From Bacteroidota bacterium (GTDB lineage: Bacteria; Bacteroidota; Bacteroidia; NS11-12g; UBA9320), in the NCBI GenBank assembly GCA_024645005.1, contig JAHEGS010000013.1:1-53506 (forward strand): 53,506 bases of DNA, read 5' to 3'. Each line of letters starts with the position of its first letter. Position 1 is the stretch's first letter. The notes beneath the pieces are model-generated. The model did not search any database. It was given only the letters and a program-made list of their open reading frames with translations, and was not told the DNA's origin. Positions 8,088 to 15,770 of this stretch are shown here, in pieces. A program made the translations under genes and the position numbers.

Positions 8088-10001
8088 TTGAAACTTTCTA
8101 TCGTCATAGTCAATTACAATGTAAAGCACTTCCTCGAGCAGTGTCTTAAATCTGTTTATCAAGCAATTCAAAATATTGAAGCGGAAGTATTTGTGGTTGA
8201 CAACAACTCAATAGACGGTTCTCAAGATATGGTTCGCTCCTCATTCCCTGATGTAAAGCTAATTGCTAACTCAAAAAATACTGGTTTTAGTACTGCAAAT
8301 AACCAAGCGATAAAAGAATCCAAGGGAGAATATGTTTTGCTTCTCAATCCTGATACAGTTGTACCTGAAAACTGTTTCCAAGCCCTTCTTGAATTTGCCG
8401 ACGAAACACCCGACTTGGGTGGATGTGGAATACCCATGTATGACGGACAAGGAAATTACCTGCCTGAAAGTAAACGAGGTCTTCCTTCTCCAGAAGTCGC
8501 TTTTTATAAGATAATTGGATTGAACAAACTCTTTCCAAAATCTAAAAAATTCGGAAAATATCACCTTGGCTATCTTGCTCCTGATCAAAATCATGAAGTT
8601 GAGATTTTAGCTGGTGCATTTATGTTAATCCGGAAAAAAGTTTTGGATAAAATTGGCTTGTTAGATGAGACCTTTTTTATGTATGGTGAGGATATTGATT
8701 TAAGCTATCGTATCACGAAAGCCGGTTGGAAAAACTATTATTTTGCAGGCTCACGAATCATTCACTATAAAGGTGAAAGTACAAAAAAGCTCAGCACCAA
8801 TTATGTAAAAGTATTTTACAAGGCTATGGTCATTTTCGCTGATAAACATTATGCTGGAAGCAACCAAAAATTATTCAAACTCTTTATAAACACGGCCATT
8901 TATGGTCGTGCTAGTCTCAGTCTAGTTAGCAACCTCATTAAACGATTTTGGATGGCTACATTAGAGTCTGTTCTCCTATTTGGCAGTCTGTATTTACTCA
9001 AGGAATATTGGGAAGAGCACATCAAGGGCATCACTGCTTACCCCAAAGAAATGCTCACCATCCACCTACCCTACTACACACTAATTTGGCTTTTAAGCAT
9101 GGGTTTTAATGGGTCATATCAAGCTCCTTTTAATTTCAGTAAACTAATCCGAAGTATTCTCATGGGCACATTAGTCATTCTAATGATTTATGGTTTACTC
9201 CCCAATCACTTACATTTTAGTCGAGGGATTATCCTATTTGGTACCTTGGTAGTAACTGCAGTCTTGTTTTCATGGAGATCACTTTACCATCTTTTGAAGT
9301 ATAAAACACTTGACTTTTCTCAAAAATCGAATATAAAAAGTGTTTTAATTGGCAGTGAAAAAAAGTGGAGTGAGCTATCCAAAATACTAAGTAGTTACCA
9401 AAAAAATTACCAACAAATTGGCTTTATATCTGACAAAAAGAGTGATTCCCCTCATTGGTTAGGTACACGAAAACAACTCAAAGAAATCATTCATATCTAT
9501 GGTGTCAACGAATTGATTTTTAGCAACGAGACGGTGAGCACAAAATACACGATTCAAATCATGAATGAATTAGGTCCTAACATCAATTATTTTACCATAC
9601 CGTCAGCTAGTAACTTTGTAATTGGAAGTCAATCAAAAAACTCCAATGGACTTTATTTTGGTCAGCAAATCGAACTAAATTTAAGCAGAAATGAATACCG
9701 GTCTCAAAAGCGATTTTTTGATATTTTCACATCTCTCATCTTGATATTAATATCCCCACTCTTAATTTTATTTAAGAAAACTCGAGATAAATTGACTCAT
9801 TCAACAGCAGTTTTATTCGGCAAAAAAACTTGGGTTGGATACGCTACAAAAAGTACGGATCTACCAACTATCAAGCCAGGTGTTTACACAACAGACTATC
9901 AGTTAAAAGATAAAAGTAGTTCCTTTCATAAGAATTTAGACCTACTATATGCTAAAAATTACTCGGTTTATACGGATTTAAGAATCTTTTTATCCTGCTA
10001 A
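8088..10001 (+). CDS. GT2 glycosyltransferase fused to a WbaP/WcaJ-like membrane module with a truncated sugar-transferase domain
   Basis: N-terminal (M)KLSIVIVNYN, VVDNNSIDGS and LLLNPDT GT2 motifs. These are followed by about 4 TM helices and a Rossmann-like linker (VLIGSEKK...IGFISD...ELIFSN). The end is a KRFFDIFTSLILILISPLLILF re-entrant helix plus the C-terminal remnants VLFGKKTWVGYA, IKPGVYTT and DLRIFL. The track start is ATG 8061; I prefer TTG 8088 because a -7 box lies at 8070-8077 and the canonical GT2 N-terminus begins there. Confidence 0.75.
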   Translation: MKLSIVIVNYNVKHFLEQCLKSVYQAIQNIEAEVFVVDNNSIDGSQDMVRSSFPDVKLIANSKNTGFSTANNQAIKESKGEYVLLLNPDTVVPENCFQALLEFADETPDLGGCGIPMYDGQGNYLPESKRGLPSPEVAFYKIIGLNKLFPKSKKFGKYHLGYLAPDQNHEVEILAGAFMLIRKKVLDKIGLLDETFFMYGEDIDLSYRITKAGWKNYYFAGSRIIHYKGESTKKLSTNYVKVFYKAMVIFADKHYAGSNQKLFKLFINTAIYGRASLSLVSNLIKRFWMATLESVLLFGSLYLLKEYWEEHIKGITAYPKEMLTIHLPYYTLIWLLSMGFNGSYQAPFNFSKLIRSILMGTLVILMIYGLLPNHLHFSRGIILFGTLVVTAVLFSWRSLYHLLKYKTLDFSQKSNIKSVLIGSEKKWSELSKILSSYQKNYQQIGFISDKKSDSPHWLGTRKQLKEIIHIYGVNELIFSNETVSTKYTIQIMNELGPNINYFTIPSASNFVIGSQSKNSNGLYFGQQIELNLSRNEYRSQKRFFDIFTSLILILISPLLILFKKTRDKLTHSTAVLFGKKTWVGYATKSTDLPTIKPGVYTTDYQLKDKSSSFHKNLDLLYAKNYSVYTDLRIFLSC

Positions 10002-10439
10002 TAGCCCCTTGACCATATCGGCAATCAACTTACCATCAGCCTTCCCTTTTAGCTTGCCATTAGCCATTCCCATAACCTTGCCCATATCTTTCATACTGGT
10101 GGCACCCAGTTGTGAAATGATTGATTTTACCTCATTCTCGATTTCTTCAGGACTAAGTTGAGCTGGAAGAAATTTTTCAATTATAGATAATTCTTCCTCT
10201 TCTATTTTGGAGAGATCAGACCTCCCTTGTTCATTAAAAATCCGAATGGAATCCTTGCGTTGTTTTGCCATTTTGACAAGAGCTTCCATCTCATCCTTCT
10301 CTGTAACTTCTCCTCCACCTTCTTGGGTTTGAAGTAATAGCAATGCTGCTTTAATTGCTCTCAAACCACGAAGCGTACTTTGGTCTTTCGCTTTCATCGC
10401 CTGCTTCATTTGGTCGTTGATTTGTTCGGACAAACTCAT
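9990..10439 (-). CDS. GatB/YqeY domain-containing protein
   Basis: 149 aa; MSLSEQINDQMKQAMKAKD...LRGLRAIKAALL...FLPAQLSPEEIE pattern typical of YqeY. Confidence 0.8.
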   Translation of the reverse strand: MSLSEQINDQMKQAMKAKDQSTLRGLRAIKAALLLLQTQEGGGEVTEKDEMEALVKMAKQRKDSIRIFNEQGRSDLSKIEEEELSIIEKFLPAQLSPEEIENEVKSIISQLGATSMKDMGKVMGMANGKLKGKADGKLIADMVKGLLAG

Positions 10440-10443
10440 GGAG

Positions 10444-10451
10444 CAAATTTA
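10444..10451 (-). promoter_or_regulatory. -7 promoter box TAAATTTG, 4 nt from the yqeY-like ATG
   Basis: Reverse strand reads TAAATTTG-CTCC-ATG. Confidence 0.45.
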
Positions 10452-10499
10452 ATGAGAAATAAGGAGGTAATGAATTTTAAATGAAGATCAATTGAGGCT

Positions 10500-11609
10500 T
10501 TAATCTACAAATGGTAGTTTAACTACTTTGGCCTTAATCTTATTTTTTCGAATCTGAATGTAAAATTCTTCACCAACACTTGAGTTTGATAATGAAACAT
10601 ACCCCATTCCAATTGCTTTTCCGAGACTTGGGCTTTGCGTACCGCTTGTTACTTCTCCAATACAATTTTCGTTCATATCATAGATGAGATAATGTTGCCT
10701 TGGAATTCCCCTCTCCAACATATCAAAACCAACCAGTTTTTTTTCTGGCCCATTGTCTTTGATGTTTTTGTGGTAATCTTGATTGTTAAATGGCTCACTA
10801 AATTTTGTAATCCAACCTAAACCTGCCTCAATTGGGGAAGTCTCATCATTGATATCATTACCATATAAACAATACCCTTTCTCTAATCTAAGGGTATCTC
10901 TAGCTCCCAAACCACAAGGTATGATATCAAATTCTTCTCCAGCACTCATGATGGCATCCCATATCATTTCAGCTTCATGATTCCAGACATACAATTCGAA
11001 ACCCCCAGATCCTGTATAACCCGTATTACTGATTACCACATCATCACTACCAGCAAAACTTCCAGCATCAAAGTGATAAAATTTAATTGCACTGAGATCA
11101 ATAGAGGTTAATTTCTGCAAAACATGAACAGCATTGGGACCTTGAACCGCAATGAGTGAAATATCGTCTGACATATCTTCCAACTCACAATCAAAACCTT
11201 TAGCGGTCTTTTGTTCCATGATCCAATCCCAATCCTTTGAAATATTGCTTGCATTTACAACTAATGTATATTCATGTTGATTCCACCGATAAACAATCAA
11301 ATCATCTACAATACCTCCTTGATTATTAGGCATGCAATTATATTGAGCTTGCATATCTACCATTTTGGTTATACTGTTGGAACATATCCATGATATGAGG
11401 GCTTCAGCGTCTTTACCTTTAACACCAAATTCACCCATATGACTTACATCAAATACCCCAACACTATTTCTAACTGCATGATGTTCTTGAGCTAAACCCG
11501 TATATTGAACCGGCATTTCATACCCAGCAAAAGGAACCATTTTAGCCCCTAAATTCGTATGCTTATTATACAACTTTGTTCTCTTTAATGCGGAGGTTTC
11601 TGATGACAT
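10500..11609 (-). CDS. gcvT: glycine cleavage system aminomethyltransferase (T protein)
   Basis: KRTKLYNKH...GAKMVPFAGYEMPVQY...EHHAVRNSVGVFDVSHMGEF is the conserved GcvT N-terminus. Start moved to ATG 11609; the track starts at a TTG (11627) lying in the promoter-like sequence. Confidence 0.9.
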   Translation of the reverse strand: MSSETSALKRTKLYNKHTNLGAKMVPFAGYEMPVQYTGLAQEHHAVRNSVGVFDVSHMGEFGVKGKDAEALISWICSNSITKMVDMQAQYNCMPNNQGGIVDDLIVYRWNQHEYTLVVNASNISKDWDWIMEQKTAKGFDCELEDMSDDISLIAVQGPNAVHVLQKLTSIDLSAIKFYHFDAGSFAGSDDVVISNTGYTGSGGFELYVWNHEAEMIWDAIMSAGEEFDIIPCGLGARDTLRLEKGYCLYGNDINDETSPIEAGLGWITKFSEPFNNQDYHKNIKDNGPEKKLVGFDMLERGIPRQHYLIYDMNENCIGEVTSGTQSPSLGKAIGMGYVSLSNSSVGEEFYIQIRKNKIKAKVVKLPFVD

Positions 11610-11674
11610 GGTGCAAATTAAATTCAACTTAACAACTTAACCACTCGAATAAGTAAAAAAACGAGTAATAGAAT

Positions 11675-13309
11675 TTATAAATTCATAAACTCATCAAACG
11701 CTTTTTGGTTTTCCTCTTCTCGTGTAGTCAATTCTAACACAGCAGCACCCTTATACGCTTCAAATTGATTATAGCAACTTCTAAAACTACCAATATCATT
11801 TGCCGCAAAATGAGGTATCCCAAAATGAGTACATAATGCAGAAGCGTTTAAAAAGTGAGGCGTGCTTTGAAGTTTTCTCGATTCACCCATGTTTTCTGGA
11901 CCTTTAATCAGGTTAAAAATTCCACCACCACGATTATTCAGTATGATGACTTTCAAGTTTTGAGGCAAATGTTGATTGAAAAATGCATTTACATCATAAA
12001 AAAAAGCAAGATCACCTGTTATCAGCAGCACATTTTTATCGGTCACTAGTGCATTGCCCAAAGCTGTACTCGTACATCCATCTATTCCGCTAGTTCCTCG
12101 ATTGGCAAATACCGTATTATCCGCACGTTTATCATTCATCAAAAACGAGGCATACCTCACTGGCATCGAATTACTGAGATGTAAAATTGTTCCTGACTTT
12201 AATTTCTCAAGAATAAAATTAACAATTGAAAACTCGTGATATCCCAACCAATCCAATTGACTAAATTTCGACTGAAATAACTCCGTCATATTTTTCCATG
12301 CCGTTAAATAGCTTACTTCAATTGAAATGGCACTGTTAGATTGAGAAAATTGAATCTCTGAAGGATTTAATAACTGAGGTTGGCTTCCAAACATATCCCC
12401 TACTTCATTATAATTGGTGATATGAAAATGAGCCTCTGGTTTATGAATCTTTAACAAATGTTTTAGCCCTTTGGAAACGGTTGTTGTGCCTGAAGTAATC
12501 AAAATATCGGGGGACAATACTTTCAAAGCATCCATGCCACCTTGTTTTGATAATGATGAAAATAACATGGCATCCCAGTAGGATACATTGCTCTGTTTTG
12601 AAGAAGTGATATCGGAAAGAATAACAGCTTTGTCAGAAGTTATTGTAATCCCTTCCCCATCATCCATCCCATTAAAAACAAGCACTTTTTTGTGATCAAA
12701 AGATATATTAGCCTCTGCAGCTATGGAACTCAAGCTGAGATCTATTTTAGGAACTGATGGAAAATTAACTTCTGTATTGGAGGAGGTATCAGAAGGACTC
12801 ATATCATAAAATGGTTCTCTGATTGGAACATTGATATGAACGGGTCCTGGTATTTCAGATTGCAAACAATTCACCACCTGTTGAGCTATGGCTGTAAATG
12901 CCGACTCATCATCAAAAGAATCGGGTGTTTGAAACTCGCCACGAATATGGTTTCTGTAGACATTTTTCTGGCGAATAGCTTGCCCATCCCAGGCATCAAT
13001 CTGCTCAGGTGGTCGATCTGCAGTAATTACAATCAAAGGTACTCTTGCATAAAAAGCCTCAGCAATAGCAGGGTAATAGTTAAGAGATGCCGTGCCACTA
13101 GTACAATTCAATATGACAGGTTGACGAGTATGTTTTGCCATCCCCAATGCCATGAAACCAGCACTGCGTTCATCGATAATCGAATAGCAGTTTCTTTTTA
13201 AATGATTTAATGCAAAAAGTATAGGAGCATTCCTACTCCCCGGTGAAATTACAGCAGTATCACCTGGAAGATTTTGGATTAATGCTTTTATGCATAATTG
13301 AACACTCAT
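11675..13309 (-). CDS. menD: 2-succinyl-5-enolpyruvyl-6-hydroxy-3-cyclohexene-1-carboxylate synthase
   Basis: SPGSRNAPI, DERSAGFMALGMAK, TSGTA..NYYPAI.EA, ITADRPPE and NRGTSGIDG ThDP-enzyme motifs are collinear with MenD. Confidence 0.9.
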   Translation of the reverse strand: MSVQLCIKALIQNLPGDTAVISPGSRNAPILFALNHLKRNCYSIIDERSAGFMALGMAKHTRQPVILNCTSGTASLNYYPAIAEAFYARVPLIVITADRPPEQIDAWDGQAIRQKNVYRNHIRGEFQTPDSFDDESAFTAIAQQVVNCLQSEIPGPVHINVPIREPFYDMSPSDTSSNTEVNFPSVPKIDLSLSSIAAEANISFDHKKVLVFNGMDDGEGITITSDKAVILSDITSSKQSNVSYWDAMLFSSLSKQGGMDALKVLSPDILITSGTTTVSKGLKHLLKIHKPEAHFHITNYNEVGDMFGSQPQLLNPSEIQFSQSNSAISIEVSYLTAWKNMTELFQSKFSQLDWLGYHEFSIVNFILEKLKSGTILHLSNSMPVRYASFLMNDKRADNTVFANRGTSGIDGCTSTALGNALVTDKNVLLITGDLAFFYDVNAFFNQHLPQNLKVIILNNRGGGIFNLIKGPENMGESRKLQSTPHFLNASALCTHFGIPHFAANDIGSFRSCYNQFEAYKGAAVLELTTREEENQKAFDEFMNL

Positions 13310-13497
13310 TGATTCTATAACTCCTCTTACAAGAACACACGAATATACATATGGATTTAGTTATCCAACACCATGGTCATATTAGATTTCAATTTGAACT
13401 TTGGGTTAAATGGTGCTTTGGAGGAATGCTAAAAAATAAATTAATGATCTTGATATAAAATCTCACAGAATGGACCTCTTAAGTTGAAAATCTGTTT

Positions 13498-13505
13498 TAC
13501 CTTTG
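13498..13505 (+). promoter_or_regulatory. -7 promoter box TACCTTTG for sucB
   Basis: Exact TAnnTTTG, 21 nt upstream of ATG 13527. Confidence 0.5.
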
Positions 13506-13526
13506 ATGTTCAATTATAATAACTAA

Positions 13527-14756
13527 ATGTCAGTAGAGTTAAAAATACCATCTGTTGGTGAATCAATAACCCAAGTTACGATTGCTAGCTGGTTGAAAGA
13601 AGATGGAGATTATGTTGAAATGGATGAGGCAGTAGCAGAACTGGAAAGTGACAAAGCTACTGTTGAATTAAATGCTGAACAAGCTGGCACACTCAAGATT
13701 ATAGTTGAAGAAGGTGAAGATGTAGAAATTGGAGCAGTAGTTGCCTCTATTGACACTAGTGCTGGACCACCGGCTGAAAAAGCGGCACCTGCACCCAAAG
13801 AAACCACATCCCAAAAAGAAGAACCTGCACCAAAGGCAGAAGTAGCTGAAAAAAGTACGACATCCAATTACGCAACGGGTACTCCAAGTCCGGCGGCTAA
13901 TAAGATACTTGCTGAAAAGGACATTTCTCCTCAGGCTGTAACTGGAACAGGCAAGGATGGTAGAATCACAAAATACGATGCCATTTTAGCCAATGCCGAT
14001 ACTAACTACGGTGAGTCTTCTGAACCTAGTCGTGAACAACATCGCGAAAAAATGAGTAACCTCCGAAAAACAGTTGCTCGAAGATTAGTATCTGCAAAAA
14101 ATGAAACAGCCATGCTTACCACGTTTAACGAGGTAAACATGCAACCTATATTTGATACCAGAGCTAAGTACAAAGAAAAATTCAAAGAAATGCATGGAGT
14201 TAATCTTGGCTTCATGAGTTTCTTTACACGTGCTTGTGCTTTAAGCTTGCAAAAATTCCCCAAAGTCAATGCATTTATTGATGGTGAAGAAATGGTCATG
14301 AACGATTTCGTGGATGTTTCGATAGCTGTTAGTAGTCCAAAAGGATTGATGGTTCCAGTCATGAGAAATGTGGAGAACATGACCTTATGGGAAATTGAAA
14401 GTGAGGTAAAAAGATTGGCCATTAAAGCTCGAGACGGCAAACTATCCATCCCCGAAATGACAGGTGGTACATTTACCATCACAAACGGTGGTGTTTTCGG
14501 AAGTATGCTCAGCACACCCATTATCAATCCTCCTCAAAGTGCTATCCTTGGAATGCACAACATCGTTGAGAGACCAGTTGTAGAAAAAGGAAACATTGTG
14601 GCTCGCCCAGTGATGTTTGTTGCTCTGAGCTATGACCACCGAATTATAGATGGTAAAGAATCTGTTGGTTTCTTGGTTAGTGTTAAAAATTACCTCGAAA
14701 ATCCAGAAACCATGCTCATGGGCAAAGATCCTATGGATTTATTGATGGGACTTTAA
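13527..14756 (+). CDS. sucB: dihydrolipoyllysine-residue succinyltransferase (2-oxoglutarate dehydrogenase E2)
   Basis: Lipoyl domain with ELESDKATVEL, an Ala/Pro-rich linker, a peripheral subunit-binding domain (SPAANKILAEKDI) and a catalytic domain with the SYDHRIIDG active site. Confidence 0.85.
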   Translation: MSVELKIPSVGESITQVTIASWLKEDGDYVEMDEAVAELESDKATVELNAEQAGTLKIIVEEGEDVEIGAVVASIDTSAGPPAEKAAPAPKETTSQKEEPAPKAEVAEKSTTSNYATGTPSPAANKILAEKDISPQAVTGTGKDGRITKYDAILANADTNYGESSEPSREQHREKMSNLRKTVARRLVSAKNETAMLTTFNEVNMQPIFDTRAKYKEKFKEMHGVNLGFMSFFTRACALSLQKFPKVNAFIDGEEMVMNDFVDVSIAVSSPKGLMVPVMRNVENMTLWEIESEVKRLAIKARDGKLSIPEMTGGTFTITNGGVFGSMLSTPIINPPQSAILGMHNIVERPVVEKGNIVARPVMFVALSYDHRIIDGKESVGFLVSVKNYLENPETMLMGKDPMDLLMGL

Positions 14757-14759
14757 ATG

Positions 14760-15704
14760 CTAAGATTCGATAATCTTTAGGTCCTTGTTCTCGGCTACAT
14801 AACGAGGAAGACAATTGACAATCATTTCTTCTAGTCTGTTAATCACCTTATCTTTTGCATAGAATTTGGTATAGATTAATCCAACAGCTCTTCCTGCGTC
14901 ATCTGCTCTAAACGCCCTGAGATTATCCAAAGAATTATCGTCCAACTCACTGGCTTCCCACTCTGGAATAATGGTAGCTCCTCCCTCAAAATCAACAATT
15001 TTCTTCAGGGTTTGTAAACTTCCACTCTCATACGTCAAGGCGAGATGATTTAATTTTTCATCTGGAAGTGAGCACAGGTTAATGGTCTGCACTCTAAAGC
15101 AATTTCCTTCAGAAAGCAACCACAGCTTGTCTTCTAACAAGTCAGTTGCTTCCCATGCCTTTTTTGAAAAACTGGGATGGTCTGGATGAGCATAAATTCT
15201 AAATTTTTCATTATATAAATTCCTTTCAACCAACCCATTATGCTTAACAGGAGTCGAAATAATACCCACATCCAATCTATCGTGTTCCAAGTCTTCTATA
15301 ATCTCATGGGTCAACCCTTCTTTAATAGTCAACTTCAAGTCAGGGTGACTATCCGAAACTGCCCGGATTAATTTTGGAATGAGTGCATTAGCTATGGTAG
15401 GCAAAACACCAATCTTTAAACTTCCAGAAATATCTCCTGTAAAGTCGCTTAAAATATTTTCAATTTGTCCGGTCTCTCGAAATATTGTTCTGGCTTGACG
15501 AATGATTTTTTCACCAATAGAAGTAGGAACAATGGGTTGCTTACTTCGATCAAAAATTAAGACTCCTAATTCATCTTCTAATTTTTTCATTTGCATGCTC
15601 AAAGTAGGTTGAGTCACAAAACAAGCTTCAGCAGCTTTTATGAAATTTCGATGCTCATCTAGAGCAATCAAATATTGAATTTGAATAAGTGAAATATTTA
15701 ACAT
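14760..15704 (-). CDS. oxyR: LysR-family hydrogen-peroxide-responsive regulator OxyR
   Basis: N-terminal wHTH (LIALDEHRNFIKAAEACFVTQPTLSMQMKKLE). LLSEGNCFRVQTINLC reproduces the OxyR redox Cys pair spacing (C-x8-C, as in E. coli Cys199/Cys208). Confidence 0.8.
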   Translation of the reverse strand: MLNISLIQIQYLIALDEHRNFIKAAEACFVTQPTLSMQMKKLEDELGVLIFDRSKQPIVPTSIGEKIIRQARTIFRETGQIENILSDFTGDISGSLKIGVLPTIANALIPKLIRAVSDSHPDLKLTIKEGLTHEIIEDLEHDRLDVGIISTPVKHNGLVERNLYNEKFRIYAHPDHPSFSKKAWEATDLLEDKLWLLSEGNCFRVQTINLCSLPDEKLNHLALTYESGSLQTLKKIVDFEGGATIIPEWEASELDDNSLDNLRAFRADDAGRAVGLIYTKFYAKDKVINRLEEMIVNCLPRYVAENKDLKIIES

Positions 15705-15709
15705 CAGTT

Positions 15710-15717
15710 CAAAATTA
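15710..15717 (-). promoter_or_regulatory. -7 promoter box TAATTTTG, 5 nt from the oxyR ATG
   Basis: Reverse strand reads TAATTTTG-AACTG-ATG. Confidence 0.45.
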
Positions 15718-15770
15718 GACCATATCCTAAAAATAAAGATAAAAGTCTTTTTATATAGACATCATAAAAA

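Noticed and set aside
8222-8594. Four overlapping short ORFs in several frames within the GT2 gene, suggesting an unusual stop-free patch
   Set aside because: The patch is a locally more GC-rich part of a confidently identified GT2 catalytic domain, which is continuous in its own frame. There is no independent coding signal.
11610-11674. Possible glycine riboswitch upstream of gcvT
   Set aside because: Only about 65 nt separate the gcvT ATG from the menD stop, and a promoter-like box sits 4 nt from the ATG. There is no room for a roughly 100-200 nt glycine aptamer and no conserved aptamer motifs are visible.
13351-13458. 35-codon ATG ORF (MDLVIQHHGHIRFQFELWVKWCFGGMLKNKLMILI) in the menD/sucB divergent region
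   Set aside because: It has no promoter box or coupling to neighbours and its composition is unremarkable. The region is better explained as shared promoter DNA. This cannot be supported without conservation data.
14006-14527. 173-aa ORF antisense to sucB, with similar shadow ORFs at 3543-3890, 5280-5615, 12836-13201, 17199-17546 and 44205-44486
   Set aside because: All lie fully inside well-supported genes on the opposite strand and have no recognisable motifs or start context. They are typical shadow ORFs.
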